Shown: piece by piece, positions 1 to 15,145 of the stretch
How the letters are laid out: each line of letters begins with the position of its first letter
Numbering within the stretch: the first letter of the stretch is position 1
Assembly (NCBI GenBank): GCA_963741915.1
Contig: CAVUJW010000013.1
Location: forward strand, 651,791 to 715,790
Source of the DNA: an uncultured Chloroflexia bacterium
GTDB taxonomy: Bacteria > Chloroflexota > Limnocylindria > Limnocylindrales > CSP1-4
Direction of reading: 5' to 3'
DNA length: 64,000 bases
The notes under the pieces: model-generated
Databases searched by the model: none
Told to the model about the DNA's origin: nothing
The model's input: only the letters and a program-made list of their open reading frames with translations
Position numbers and translations under genes: made by a program

Positions 1-764
1 TTGATCGCCACGATCCCGCCCCGGTCCATCGCCCGCAGCGCCGCGGCCACCACCGAGCCGACCGGGGCGAAGGTCACCGCCGCGTCGAGCGCCACCAGCG
101 GCCGGTCCTCGATCCCGCCGGCCCAGGCGGCGCCCAGCTCGAGCGCCCGTCGCTGCTCGTCGGGGGACCGGGTTGCGACATACACCTCGGCGCCCCACGA
201 CCGTGCCACCTGGAGCGCCTGGCGCGCGGACGCGCCGAAGCCGTACAGCCCCAGCCGGGCGCCGGCGCTGGCCGGACCCAGGCCGGCCACCTTGAGCGAG
301 CGATAGCCGATCACGCCGCCGCACAGCAGCGGAGCGGCGGCCAGGTCCGGGTACGCGTCGGGCAGCGGCACCGCGAAGTCCGCCCGCACCAGCACCGCGT
401 CCGCGTAGCCGCCGTCCACGTCCCAGCCGGTGAACGTCGCCTCCGTGCACAGGTTCTCCCGGGCGGAGCGGCAGAACCGGCAGGTGCCGTCGGTGCCGGC
501 GAGCCACGTGATCCCGGCGCGGTCGCCGGGCGACCAGCCGGTGACTCCGTCCCCGATCGCATCCACCACGCCGACCACCTGGTGTCCCGGCACGATCGGC
601 AGCCGGCGAGCCGCGAGATCGCCTTCGACGATCTGGAGGTCGGTCCGGCACACGCCGCACGCGGCCACTCGCAGCCGCAGCGCGCCGGCGGCCGGGACGG
701 GGGAGGGGCGATCTTCCGCTGCCAGCCGCGCGCCGTCTGCGGAGCCCGGGAGGTGAAGGACCAT
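1..764 (-). CDS. Zn-dependent alcohol dehydrogenase (MDR family), C-terminal part lies outside the window
   Basis: Reverse-strand translation from ATG (complement of 762-764): MVLHLPGS..ACGVCRTDLQIVEGD..VPGHQVVG..CRFCRSARENLC..GLYGFGASA. Absent from the ORF track because the frame runs off the left edge. Confidence 0.8.
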   Translation of the reverse strand, partial: MVLHLPGSADGARLAAEDRPSPVPAAGALRLRVAACGVCRTDLQIVEGDLAARRLPIVPGHQVVGVVDAIGDGVTGWSPGDRAGITWLAGTDGTCRFCRSARENLCTEATFTGWDVDGGYADAVLVRADFAVPLPDAYPDLAAAPLLCGGVIGYRSLKVAGLGPASAGARLGLYGFGASARQALQVARSWGAEVYVATRSPDEQRRALELGAAWAGGIEDRPLVALDAAVTFAPVGSVVAAALRAMDRGGIVAI

Positions 765-952
765 CGCGCGCACGGCCCAAGGGTAGCGCGAGGACCGGGC
801 GGCGACGGGGGGACCGCCCGGTGACCGCCCGTCGGGCCCGGCCAACGTCACGGGACGGTGGGACCGACCGGCGGCGCGATCGGGACGAACGGCAGGCGAT
901 GTCGCCCGGGGCCGGGGCGGACGATGCGGTTCGCGCGAAGGAGAGCAACGCC

Positions 953-1312
953 ATGCACGGAACGACACGCACCCGCCCCACGACACGGCCGGCCGCGACC
1001 GGCGTCAACGCGGTGGTCTGGATCGAGCCGGGCCGCGCCCTCGTCGTGCGGGGCGCTCCCGGAGAGACGCCGGCCTCGACGGAGTGGCCCGTTCCCCTTA
1101 CCTACACCGAGACTCCGCCCGTCCTGGCCGAGATCGCCCACCGCATCGGCGACGTCGATCGCGTGGTGGTCCTCGGCAACGACGAGCTGAGGACGGCGCT
1201 GGAACGCGAGATCGTCGCCATCGGCCACCGGCCGGAGACGATCCGCGAGGCCATCGCGGACGTGCCTGTCGACGAGACCGAGCTCGTCGCCCGGCTGGCG
1301 CGTCTCGGCTGA
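953..1312 (+). CDS. Small hypothetical protein (119 aa), tentatively aeRF1-like / host-attachment-like; paralog of 14674-15132
   Basis: In-frame ATG 8 nt after AAGGAG inside ORF 821-1312. Shares VVWIEPGRALVVR and DRVVVLGNDELRTALEREI blocks with the 14674-15132 product. Confidence 0.55.
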   Translation: MHGTTRTRPTTRPAATGVNAVVWIEPGRALVVRGAPGETPASTEWPVPLTYTETPPVLAEIAHRIGDVDRVVVLGNDELRTALEREIVAIGHRPETIREAIADVPVDETELVARLARLG

Positions 1313-1505
1313 ACGGCCGACCCGCACCCGCGCGCGTCACGAGCCGCGCGGGCCGTCCGGCAGGGGGGTCAAGCCGACCGGCCCGCAGGCCCGGCGACCG
1401 ACGGCACTGCCTCCGAGGAGCGCCGCAGCCGAGCATGAGCCTGCGGCCCGGTGTGCGAGATGACGTCGTGCCGGGCGCCAGCCGCGCCTGTGAGGTTCGA
1501 CCTCG

Positions 1506-2017
1506 ATGACATCGTCCGCCCTCTCGGCCTCCTCGTCGGATCCGGTCGCTGCGCTGAGCGCGTCATGGTTCGGCGCAGGGCTGTCGCCAGAGGCCGTTGC
1601 CCGGCTGGCCTCGATCGCGAGCCTCCGGGACATCGGGCCCGAGACCGAGCTGACCAGGGAGGGGCAGATCACCGAGGAGCTGGCGATCGTGCTCTCCGGC
1701 CGGGTGGCGCTGCGCACGCTCGTCCCCGAGCGCGGCATGGTCACGATCCTGACCGTGGAGCCGGGCGACATCGTCGGCTGGTCCGCGATCGTGCCGCCCC
1801 ACCGCGCGACGTCGACCTCGATCGCGATCGAGCCGGTGCGCGCCCTGGTGTTCCCGGGAGAACAGCTGCGAGTCCTCCTCCGCGGCGACCATGCGCTCGC
1901 GGCATCGGTCTACCCGCGGGTCCTCCAGGCCGTCGGTCGCCGGCTCGCCGCGACCCGCCTCCAGCTGCTCGACCTGTTCGCGCGCGAGGAATGGAGCCGG
2001 CGGGAGATCCAGCCGTG

Positions 2018-2021
<4 letters not shown>
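1506..2021 (+). CDS. Cyclic-nucleotide-binding (Crp-type cNMP) domain protein
   Basis: ORF 1506-2021. Beta-roll-like segment GQITEELAIVLSGRVALR..VEPGDIVGWSAI. Stop overlaps the next start (GTGA). Confidence 0.7.
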
Positions 2022-4053
<2,032 letters not shown>

Positions 4054-4054
<1 letters not shown>

Positions 4055-4926
4055 TGCCGGCCGTGGCCGCCCGACCCCGCCTGCGCGTCGGCATCGTCAA
4101 GATGGCATCGTGCGACGGCTGCCAGCTGACGCTCCTCGACCTCGAGGACGAGCTGCTGGACCTCGCGCAGCGGTTCGAGATCGTGGAGTTCCCCGAGGCG
4201 AGCTCGCTCCGCTCTGCCGGCCCCTACGACATCCTGCTCGTGGAAGGCTCTGTCAGCACCGCCGACCAGGCCGCCGAGATCGTGGAGCTGCGCAAGCAGG
4301 CCAAGCGCTTGGTGACGATCGGTGCCTGTGCGAATCACGGGGGCATCCAGGCGCTGCGCAACTGGTCGGACCATGACGAGTTCCGGGCGGCCGTGTATGC
4401 CCATCCCGAGTACGTCGACTCGCTGGCCACGGCCACCCCGGTGTCCGAGCATGTCACGGTCGACGCGGAGCTCAACGGCTGCCCGATCAGCGCCGACCAG
4501 CTGCGGGAGCTGCTGGTGTCCGTGGCCGTGGGTCGCCGGCCGCAGATCCGCGAGGAATCCGTGTGCCTGGCGTGCAAGCGCCGCAGTGTCGTGTGCGTGA
4601 TGGTGGCGCAGGGGCTGCCGTGCCTGGGCCCGGTGACCCAGAGCGGCTGCGGAGCCCTGTGTCCCAGGTTCGGCCGGGGCTGCTACGGCTGCTTCGGTCC
4701 CAAGGAGCAGGCCAACGCGACCGGTCTCGGCCGCGCGTTCGCGCAGGGTGGTCGTGATGACGCCGGGGTGAGCCGGCTGTTCGCCGGGTTCACCGGCTGG
4801 TCCGGGCCGTTCCGGGCGGTCATCGACGAGCACGGAGGCCCGCCGGGCATGACGCCGCCCGTGAAGGTGGCCGCCCCCGTGGAGCCAACGGCGACCGCGC
4901 AAGGAGACGGCGATGCACGGGGATGA
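4054..4926 (+). CDS. [NiFe]-hydrogenase small (delta) subunit
   Basis: ATG 4054 overlaps the upstream TGA (ATGA). KMASCDGCQLTLLD, GACANHGGIQ, CLGPVTQSGCGALCP..GCYGCFGP cluster ligands. Confidence 0.85.
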
Positions 4927-6265
4927 CGGCACGCTCGTCGTCGATGCGCCGGGTGCCGAGCGCGAGTTCAAGGTCGGCTACCTGACCCGCGTCGAGGGCG
5001 AGGGGACGCTCCAGCTGCGGGTGCGCGGCCGGGAGGTCGTCGAGGCACGGCTCCGGATCTTCGAGGCCCCGCGCTACTTCGAGCGGCTCGTCGTCGGGCG
5101 CACCGGCGACGAGGTGATCGACATCGTGGCCCGGATCTGCGGGATCTGCCCGATCGCCTACCAGATGTCCGCCGTGCACGGGTTCGAGCACCTCTACGGC
5201 ATCGAGATCGACCCGGCCGTCCGGTCGCTGCGCCGGATCCTGTACTGCGGGGAGTGGATCCAGAGCCACGCGCTTCACGTGTACCTGCTGCACGCACCCG
5301 ACTTCCTGGGCTATCCGTCCGCCCTCGCGATGGCGGTCGATCACCGGGCGGTCGTGGAGCAGGGCCTGGCGATCAAGCGGGTGGGCAACGCCCTGATCGC
5401 GGCCATCGGGGGCCGGCCGGTGCACCCGGTGTCGGTCCGCGTGGGCGGGTTCTCCCGCGCACCGCGGCGACAGGACCTCGACCAGGTGCGCACGGAGCTG
5501 GACGCCGCCGTCGAGCAGTCGCTCGCGACGGTCCGCCTGGTCGCCTCCTGGGAGCCGCCCGCCCTCGACCATCCGCAGCCGCTGGTCGCGCTGCGGCACC
5601 CGACCGAGTACCCGTTCAACGACGGGCGGATCGTGTCAACCGACGGCCTCGACCTCGATCCCGGGGCCTGGGCCGACGCCTTCGAGGAGCACCACGTGGA
5701 GGGCACCAACGCGCTCCACGCAAGGACCCATGGCGGGGAGGTCTACCTGCTCGGGCCGACGGCGCGGATCGCGCTCGCGGCCGATCAGCTCCACTCGCTC
5801 GCGGGCGAGGCGCTCGAGGCGACGGGCCTCAGGGACGCCATCCGGGTCAACATCCACCGCTCGATCGTGGCCCGCGCGGTCGAGCTGCTCCACGCCTGCG
5901 CCGAGGCACGCGACCTGATCGACGGCTACCGACCGCCGGCCCAGCCGCGGGTGCCGTTCACGCCCCGGGCGGGGATCGCGGCCTGGTCCACCGAGGCGCC
6001 GCGGGGCCTGCTCCACCACCGCTACGAGGTCGATGAGCGCGGCCAGGTGGTGCACGCCCAGATCGTGCCGCCGACCAGCCAGAACCAGGGAGCGATCGAG
6101 GCCGACCTGGCCGCCTTCGCCCCCGCCGTGCTCGACCTGCCTCACGCCGAGGCGACGCACCAGATGGAGATGCTGATCCGGGCCTATGACCCGTGCATCA
6201 GCTGCGCCACCCACTTCCTCGACCTCCGGGTCGAGGACGATCGGGGAGAGGAGTGGACCGGATGA
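4913..6265 (+). CDS. [NiFe]-hydrogenase large (alpha) subunit, group-3 type
   Basis: ORF 4913-6265. RICGICP and C-terminal DPCISCATH metal-ligand motifs. 14-nt overlap with the small-subunit gene. Confidence 0.9.
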   Translation: MHGDDGTLVVDAPGAEREFKVGYLTRVEGEGTLQLRVRGREVVEARLRIFEAPRYFERLVVGRTGDEVIDIVARICGICPIAYQMSAVHGFEHLYGIEIDPAVRSLRRILYCGEWIQSHALHVYLLHAPDFLGYPSALAMAVDHRAVVEQGLAIKRVGNALIAAIGGRPVHPVSVRVGGFSRAPRRQDLDQVRTELDAAVEQSLATVRLVASWEPPALDHPQPLVALRHPTEYPFNDGRIVSTDGLDLDPGAWADAFEEHHVEGTNALHARTHGGEVYLLGPTARIALAADQLHSLAGEALEATGLRDAIRVNIHRSIVARAVELLHACAEARDLIDGYRPPAQPRVPFTPRAGIAAWSTEAPRGLLHHRYEVDERGQVVHAQIVPPTSQNQGAIEADLAAFAPAVLDLPHAEATHQMEMLIRAYDPCISCATHFLDLRVEDDRGEEWTG

Positions 6266-6783
6266 CCCAGCTGGCACCGCCCTCGGTCCGGCTCCTGGTC
6301 TGCGGCAACGCTGATCGGGGCGACGATGGAGCGGCCCTGAGCGCGGTGGCAACGCTGCTGCCGTCCCTGCCGGCGTCCCTTCTCGAGCGGCTGGAGGTCC
6401 GCCGCTGCGGGTACCTCCGGGTGGAGGACCTGCTCGACGTCCCCGATGGCGAGCTGGCGGTGGTGGTCGATGCCGCCGTCGGGATCGCGCCCGGCCACGT
6501 GGTGACGCTTCCGATCGAGTCGATCGTCGCGGACGGGGCGGCGCCGGCGCCGCGCTCGTCGCACGAGCTGCCGATCGACCAGGTCCTGGGGCTGGCCGGC
6601 GCGCTGCGCCCGGGCGGCCTTCCCGGGGGCTCGTTCATCGGGATCGGCGGCCGCCGGTTCGGCTACGGGCGACCCCTGTCGCGCTCCGTCCGCCTCAACA
6701 TGGCGACGTTCCGGACCGCGATCGCCGCCGAGCTGTCCCGGCTGACCCATCTCCCGCTCGAGGACGTCGCCGCGTCCAACTAG
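6262..6783 (+). CDS. Hydrogenase maturation endopeptidase (HycI/HoxW-like)
   Basis: ATG 6262 overlaps the large-subunit TGA (ATGA) in the frame of ORF 6193-6783. LLVCGNADRGDDGAA motif. Confidence 0.75.
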   Translation: MTQLAPPSVRLLVCGNADRGDDGAALSAVATLLPSLPASLLERLEVRRCGYLRVEDLLDVPDGELAVVVDAAVGIAPGHVVTLPIESIVADGAAPAPRSSHELPIDQVLGLAGALRPGGLPGGSFIGIGGRRFGYGRPLSRSVRLNMATFRTAIAAELSRLTHLPLEDVAASN

Positions 6784-7000
6784 GACCTTGGGGCAAGCCA
6801 GGTCGTCGGGGGCAATCCCCCCGTCCCGACCCCTCGCCCCGACGGAGCCGCCTCGCCCGACCGCGACCAGCAGGGACGACCTCGCCAGCAGAAGCTGCCC
6901 CGGTCGCCCTGTAGGCGGGCACCGGCGACCGGGGCGGGACAGAGGTTGCCCCACGGGCCCCTCGGTGTCATTACGGATCGTCATCTCACGGCGATCCCGC

Positions 7001-7028
7001 GGTGCCGGCGTGCGCACGCCGGTGCCGG
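7001..7028. terminator. GC-rich hairpin between convergent genes (possible bidirectional terminator)
   Basis: GGTGCCGGCGTGC / GCACGCCGGTGCCGG: 9 perfect pairs around the centre, extendable with G-T wobbles. No U-tract. Lies between a + gene end (6783) and a - gene end (7050). Confidence 0.3.
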
Positions 7029-7049
7029 ACGGGCGCCACCCCGCCCGGT

Positions 7050-8057
7050 TCAGGCACCGCCCTCGGCCGGCCGTGGAGCCGACCGGCGCGGCGACCAGCG
7101 CGACCGCGCCACGACCACGCCCCCGATGCACAGCACGCCGCCCGCGAGCGCGGCGATCGATGGTGCCTCGCCCAGCGCCAGCCAGCCGAGCACGATCACG
7201 ATCGGCGTCACGAGGTAGGTCGTCGATCCCAGCCGCCCGGCCGGCGTGTGGCGCAGGGCGTAGGCCCAGGTGGTGAACGCGATCGCGGTCGGGAACAGGC
7301 CCAGGTAGACGACCCAGGCAAGGCTGACGGCGGGGGCCCTGCCGGCCTCGGCCAAGAGGCCGGGCGCGAACGGCAGGCATGCGATGGCGCCGACGACGCA
7401 CGCGATCCAGATCACCTGCAGCGCTGGCACTCGCGCCACCGTGGGCTTCTGCAACGTCACCCCGCCGGCGTAGGCGATGGCCGACGCGAGGCACAGGATC
7501 ACGCCCAGCGCCGGGTTGGCGCCGGGCACCGGCTGGCCCGCGGTCGCGAGCCCGATGACGACCGTCCCGGTGAACGCGATCGCGCAGCCCGCGAGCAGGC
7601 GCCCCGGCAGGCCCTCACCCAGGAACACGCCCGCGAGGATGGCGATGAAGATGGGGCCGGTGTTCACCAGCATCGCGGCCGTACCCGCATCGACGTTCCG
7701 TTCGGCCTCGTTGAGCGCGACGTTGTAGAACCCGAACCACAGCAGGCCGACGGCCACGATCAGCGCCACGTCCCGGCGCGACGGCCGGACCCAGCCGCGC
7801 ACGGCGACGAGGGCTCCGAGGGCGACGGCTCCGACGGTCAGGCGGCCCAGGGCGAGCGGCCCGGCTCCGAGGTCCGGCGCGACTGCGCGGATGCCGACGA
7901 AGGCCGAGGCCCACAGCACCACGGTGACCAGCACGGCGGCAAGGGCGAGGAGGTCGGAGCGCGGGCGTTCGGCGGTGGGCAAGGCGAAGTCTCCGGGCTG
8001 CGGCTGGGCGGCGGCGCCGCTGGTGGAGGAACACGCCTCGCGGCCCGTCGGTTGCAC
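7050..8057 (-). CDS. EamA/DMT-family transporter
   Basis: ORF 7050-8057. About 10 hydrophobic helices in two EamA-like halves. The true start may lie downstream of 8057. Confidence 0.75.
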   Translation of the reverse strand: MQPTGREACSSTSGAAAQPQPGDFALPTAERPRSDLLALAAVLVTVVLWASAFVGIRAVAPDLGAGPLALGRLTVGAVALGALVAVRGWVRPSRRDVALIVAVGLLWFGFYNVALNEAERNVDAGTAAMLVNTGPIFIAILAGVFLGEGLPGRLLAGCAIAFTGTVVIGLATAGQPVPGANPALGVILCLASAIAYAGGVTLQKPTVARVPALQVIWIACVVGAIACLPFAPGLLAEAGRAPAVSLAWVVYLGLFPTAIAFTTWAYALRHTPAGRLGSTTYLVTPIVIVLGWLALGEAPSIAALAGGVLCIGGVVVARSRWSPRRSAPRPAEGGA

Positions 8058-8146
8058 CCGCGGCTCGCGGCCGCGCGACCATTGGCCCCCGTGCTTTGGG
8101 CCCCCTCGCCCTCCGGTCCGTGCCCGCCCTCGATCACCCTGACGGC

Positions 8147-8671
8147 ATGAACATCGTGTCGCTCAACGCCCCACGCCTGGTCGGTGATCTGATGGCGCTC
8201 GAGCCCGTGATCGTGCGCTCCGATGCCCCGCTCGCCGAGGCCGCCAAGCTCATGGACCACCATCGTGTCGCCGGCCTGCCGGTTGTCGACGGTGCCGGCA
8301 CCCTGGTCGGGGTCATCAGCCAGACCGACCTGCTCCGGGCTCGGGCAACCGAGTACCTGTGGGCGAACTGGCAGGGCCTGCGCGTGAAGCACCTGATGAC
8401 CAGCCCGGCGCTCACGGTGCACCGCGACCAGCCGCTCACGCTGGCCGCGCGCAAGATGGAGCGCCACCACGTCCACCGGCTGGTGGTCGTGGCCGACGAC
8501 GACGAGACGCTGCCCATCGGCGTGATCTCCAACTCCGACCTCGTCCGTGCGATGTCCGCGGCCGGCGAGCCGCCGGCGCCGCTGTCGGCAGGCGATGAAG
8601 GCCGCGATCGCGGCGATGGCGACGAGGCTCGCCCGGAATCGGGGCCGCCGGGGCTCGATCGCCCCAGCTGA
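8147..8671 (+). CDS. CBS-domain pair protein
   Basis: ATG 8147 within ORF 8096-8671. Two CBS repeats (HRVAGLPVVD..GVISQTDLL and HHVHRLVVV..GVISNSDLV). Confidence 0.8.
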   Translation: MNIVSLNAPRLVGDLMALEPVIVRSDAPLAEAAKLMDHHRVAGLPVVDGAGTLVGVISQTDLLRARATEYLWANWQGLRVKHLMTSPALTVHRDQPLTLAARKMERHHVHRLVVVADDDETLPIGVISNSDLVRAMSAAGEPPAPLSAGDEGRDRGDGDEARPESGPPGLDRPS

Positions 8672-8708
8672 GCAGCGCCCACCGAGCGCGGATCGCCCGG
8701 GAGCGCGG

Positions 8709-11480
<2,772 letters not shown>

Positions 11481-11649
11481 CGGCGTGCTCCGGGCGCACC
11501 ACCACCCGGGGTGGGTGGGGCGGGCCCATCCTCAGGATTCACGATGGCCCCTGCAGGCCCGAGGGCTGATCGTCACGACCGGTCGGGCCCGCGGGCCCGA
11601 CCGGGTTGCCCGCACGGGCGCCCACCGCCCGGCAGGGGCCCCTGCGCGG

Positions 11650-12207
11650 CTAGGCGATGACCTGCTCCAGGCCGGCCTCGTAGCCGCGCTCGAAGGCGGC
11701 GACGTCGGCCGCCATCAGGTTCGCGTGCTTCGCTCCCAACACCGTCTCGAGCGCCCGCTGGACGCTCTCGGGCTCGACGAAGCGGCGCCGGCCGAGCAGG
11801 GCACCCAGCGCCACCACCGAGACCAGCTTGTCGTCCCCGGCCAGGCGCGCGAGCGCGGTGCAGGGCACCTCGATGACGTCGATGTCGTCCCGATCGGGCT
11901 CGGCCTCGATCAGGCTCGTGTTGACGACCAGCAGCCCGCCAGGCGCGACGAGCGGCAGGTACTTGGCCATCGAGGGCGGGTTGAGCGCGACCGCGTGGTC
12001 CGCCCGGTCGACGACCGGCGACCCGATCAGGCGGTCGGCCACGATCACGGTGCATGCTGCCGTCCCCCCGCGCATCTCCGGGCCGTAAGACGGGATCCAC
12101 AGCACCTCGCGCCCCTCGAGCATGGCCGCCTCGGCAAGCACCTTACCCGCGAACAGGATCCCCTGCCCGCCGAAGCCCGCGAAGATCGTCGAGCGCTCCA
12201 TCGTCAT
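11650..12207 (-). CDS. 2-oxoacid:ferredoxin oxidoreductase, gamma subunit
   Basis: In-frame ATG 12207 ([21 protein letters not shown]) within ORF 11650-12960. Start overlaps the beta stop (ATGA). Confidence 0.85.
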   Translation of the reverse strand: MTMERSTIFAGFGGQGILFAGKVLAEAAMLEGREVLWIPSYGPEMRGGTAACTVIVADRLIGSPVVDRADHAVALNPPSMAKYLPLVAPGGLLVVNTSLIEAEPDRDDIDVIEVPCTALARLAGDDKLVSVVALGALLGRRRFVEPESVQRALETVLGAKHANLMAADVAAFERGYEAGLEQVIA

Positions 12208-13082
12208 GCCTCCGTCGGCCGCGGCGCGCCGGCGCCCGGGTGACCCGGCCGACCGGCCGGCTGGGGCAGCGCCGGCGCGATCCCCTTGGACCGGTCCACG
12301 AAGGTCCCGATCGGGTATGCCGCCATGACCTCGTGCGCGACGTGCTCCATCGCCTCGGTCGGGGTCATGCCCCAGCCCACCGGGCAGGTGGACAGCACCT
12401 CCACGATGGCCAGCCCGGTGCCCTCGATCTGGACCTCGAACGCGCGGCGGATCGCCGCCTTCGCCTTCCCGATCAGGCCCGGGTCGGCGATCGCGACGCG
12501 GGCCGCGTACGCCACGCCCGGCAGCAGCGACAACAGCTCGGTCACCGGCAGCGGGTAGCCGGCCACGGCCGTGTCGCGACCGGTCGGACTGGACGTCGTC
12601 TTCTGGCCGGGCAGCGTGGTCGGGGCCATCTGGCCCCCGGTCATGCCGTAGATCCCGTTGTTGACGAAGATCACGGTGATCCGCTCGCCCCGTGCGGCAG
12701 CGTGGACGATCTCGGCGGTGCCGATCGCCGCGAGGTCGCCGTCGCCCTGGTAGGTGAACACGATCCGGTCCGGGCGGACGCGCTTGACGCCGGTCGCGAC
12801 GGCCGCGGCCCGGCCGTGGGGTGACTCGACCGCGTCGAGCGCGAGGTAGTCGTAGGCGAAGACGGAGCACCCGACCGAGCCGACCAGGATGGTCCGCCCG
12901 CCGAGCTCCAGCTCCTCGAGCACCTCGGCGACCAGGCGATGGATGATCCCGTGGCCGCACCCCGGGCAGTAGCTGGTGGGGTTCGTGAGCAACGCCGGGC
13001 GGCGGTAGATCGTGCGGGCCCCTGCCGTCACGCCGTCAGCCTCGACCACCGTGAGTGGGCCGTTGTCCCTGAGCGCGGTCAC
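12204..13082 (-). CDS. 2-oxoacid:ferredoxin oxidoreductase, beta (TPP-binding) subunit
   Basis: GTG 13082 overlaps the alpha stop (GTGA) in ORF 12204-13328. CPGCGHG and TYQGDGD TPP motif. Confidence 0.85.
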   Translation of the reverse strand: MTALRDNGPLTVVEADGVTAGARTIYRRPALLTNPTSYCPGCGHGIIHRLVAEVLEELELGGRTILVGSVGCSVFAYDYLALDAVESPHGRAAAVATGVKRVRPDRIVFTYQGDGDLAAIGTAEIVHAAARGERITVIFVNNGIYGMTGGQMAPTTLPGQKTTSSPTGRDTAVAGYPLPVTELLSLLPGVAYAARVAIADPGLIGKAKAAIRRAFEVQIEGTGLAIVEVLSTCPVGWGMTPTEAMEHVAHEVMAAYPIGTFVDRSKGIAPALPQPAGRPGHPGAGAPRPTEA

Positions 13083-14257
13083 CGCGCACCTCCCGCCGGC
13101 TGGGCCGGGTCGGACCCGGGCGACACCGACCACGCATGGCGCATGGCGTCCACCACCTCGTCGGGGCTGGGCACCATTCCGCCCGTGCGCCCGTGGTGGA
13201 ACACCGGCACCGCGCCTTCGATCGCGAGCCGGACGTCCTCGACCAGCTGGCCGGCCGAGAGCTCGACCGCCAGCACCGCCCGCGCACCAGCCGCGACCGC
13301 CCGCAGCTCGCGCGACGGGAATGGCCACAGGGTGATCGGACGGAACAGGCCGGCACGCATGCCGACCTCGCGCGCCCGCTCCACCGCCGTGCGGCCGACG
13401 CGAGCGGCGGTGCCGTAGGCAACCAGCAGGACCTCGGCGTCGTCGAGCGACTCGCCGGCCCAGCGCACCTCGCGTGCGGTGATCTCCGCGTACACCGCCT
13501 GGAGCGCGTCGTTGTGGCGCTCCAGGTCCTCCGGTCGCAGGTGGAGGGACTTGAGGACGCGCGGCTCGCGGCCGGCCGCGCCTTCGAGCACCCAGTCGGC
13601 CGGCTCACGCGGGACCGACCGGAAGTTGGGCACGATCGGCTCCATCGCCTGGCCCAGGATCCCGTCGGCGAGGATCATCACCGGCGTCCGGTATCGCTCG
13701 GCGAGCACGAACGCGTCGCCCACCAGGTCAATCGCCTCGGCAATCGACGCCGGCGCCAGGACGGGGACCCGGTAGTCGCCGTGCCCGTGGCCCTTCGTGG
13801 CCTGGAAGTAGTCGCCCTGCGACGCGCCGATGCTGCCCAGCCCGGGTCCGCCACGCATGACGTTGACCAGCACGACCGGCAGCCGTGATCCGGCCATGTA
13901 CGACATCGCCTCGGCCATCAGGCTGATGCCCGGGCTGGAGCTCGAGACCAGGACCCGGGCCCCCGCCGCGGAGGCCCCCAGGGCCATGTTGATCGCGGCT
14001 AGCTCGCTCTCGGCCTGGACGAACACCCGGCCCTCCTCGGGCATGCGTCGCGCCATCCATTCCAGCAGCTCGGCCTGGGGCGTGATCGGGTAGCCGAAGT
14101 AGGCGTCGCAGCCGGCGGCGATGGCCGCCTCGCCGATCGCCTCGTTGCCCTTCATCAGGACCCGCTGCGGAGCAGGAGACGCCTCGCCGCCGGTCCCGGG
14201 CGGCGAGGCGACGAGAGCCCGGCGGCACGTGACCGCGGGACGATCCAGGACGGCCAT
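13079..14257 (-). CDS. 2-oxoacid:ferredoxin oxidoreductase, alpha subunit
   Basis: ORF 13079-14257. KGNEAIGEAAIAAGCDAYFGYPITP is a typical KorA/PorA-type N-terminus. Confidence 0.85.
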   Translation of the reverse strand: MAVLDRPAVTCRRALVASPPGTGGEASPAPQRVLMKGNEAIGEAAIAAGCDAYFGYPITPQAELLEWMARRMPEEGRVFVQAESELAAINMALGASAAGARVLVSSSSPGISLMAEAMSYMAGSRLPVVLVNVMRGGPGLGSIGASQGDYFQATKGHGHGDYRVPVLAPASIAEAIDLVGDAFVLAERYRTPVMILADGILGQAMEPIVPNFRSVPREPADWVLEGAAGREPRVLKSLHLRPEDLERHNDALQAVYAEITAREVRWAGESLDDAEVLLVAYGTAARVGRTAVERAREVGMRAGLFRPITLWPFPSRELRAVAAGARAVLAVELSAGQLVEDVRLAIEGAVPVFHHGRTGGMVPSPDEVVDAMRHAWSVSPGSDPAQPAGGAR

Positions 14258-14260
14258 CGT

Positions 14261-14545
14261 TCAGGCCTCCTTCGGGCGGGCGAAGATCGTGAGGGCGGCG
14301 TCGGGGCACACCCGCGCGCACTTAGCGCAGCTCGTGCAGCCCCCGGGGTCGGTCAGGCGCACGGGATGGTGGCCCATCGCGTTGACGAGGGCCGCGTCGA
14401 GCTCGAGCACATGCGGCGGACAGGCGTCGACGCACAGGCCGCAGCCCTTGCAGCGCTCATGCGCCACCAGCACGGGCTGGAACGCTGGGGAGCCGCTCGG
14501 TTGACGTCGAAGTGGGGCGTCGACGAGCGGGCTGGACATGGCCAT
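14261..14545 (-). CDS. 2-oxoacid:ferredoxin oxidoreductase, delta (2x[4Fe-4S] ferredoxin) subunit
   Basis: ATG 14545 lies 7 nt after GGAGG within ORF 14261-14629. CKGCGLCVDACP and CTSCAKCARVCP. Confidence 0.85.
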   Translation of the reverse strand: MAMSSPLVDAPLRRQPSGSPAFQPVLVAHERCKGCGLCVDACPPHVLELDAALVNAMGHHPVRLTDPGGCTSCAKCARVCPDAALTIFARPKEA

Positions 14546-14673
14546 GCAGGCACCTCCGACCCCGAGCATGGCCCGGGGCCGGGCGTACCGGGAGGGCCGA
14601 ACAGCCGTGCGGGCCGGGCCAGTCCTCACGTGTCGGACCGCCGCTCGGGGCAGGACCCTCGAGCCCGAGTGGG

Positions 14674-15132
14674 TCAGGCGGGTACGCCCTGGCGGCGGGG
14701 CACGTCACCGGCCAGCTCGCGGACGTGCGCGACCAGCGCCTGCTCGGTCAGCCTGTCGGCCGCCGCCGAGTGCACCCGTCGACGCCGGCCGTGGCGGCGG
14801 TCGTCCGCCCGCAGGCTGCGCTCGAGCCGCTCGCGCACGAGGCCAGGCCCGACGACCGTGACGTCGTCCCGCTCGGGCACGTGGGTCACCACCTCCTCCA
14901 GGAACAGGCGCAGGTGCTCCCGCCGCGCACGCTCCAACGCCTCGCTGCTCGGACCGCCGCCTCCGTGGCGGACCGTCGGGTCGACGCGCACGTGGCCGGT
15001 GGAGCGGTGCCTGCCGGGGACATCGGATCGGACGCGCTCGACCGTGGCCCGGTCCGCCCAGCGGACGATGATCGCCTCCTCGCTGTCGATCCAGATCAAG
15101 GTGGTGGCAGCTTCGACGGTGCGCGAGTTCAT
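14674..15132 (-). CDS. Small hypothetical protein (152 aa), tentatively aeRF1-like / host-attachment-like; paralog of 953-1312
   Basis: ATG 15132 after GGAGG, 13 nt downstream of the YbaK-like stop, within ORF 14674-15420. LIWIDSEEAIIVRW and DDVTVVGPGLVRERLERSL blocks. Confidence 0.55.
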   Translation of the reverse strand: MNSRTVEAATTLIWIDSEEAIIVRWADRATVERVRSDVPGRHRSTGHVRVDPTVRHGGGGPSSEALERARREHLRLFLEEVVTHVPERDDVTVVGPGLVRERLERSLRADDRRHGRRRRVHSAAADRLTEQALVAHVRELAGDVPRRQGVPA

Positions 15133-15145
15133 GACCGCCTCCGTG

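Noticed and set aside
770-1505. DosR-type boxes (GGGAC-N4-GTCCC) upstream of the hydrogenase block; also examined at 8058-8146 and 14546-14673
   Set aside because: Only partial or wrongly oriented half-sites are present, for example GGGACGGTGGGACC (direct repeat) and AGTCC-N10-GGACC. None is close to the palindromic consensus.
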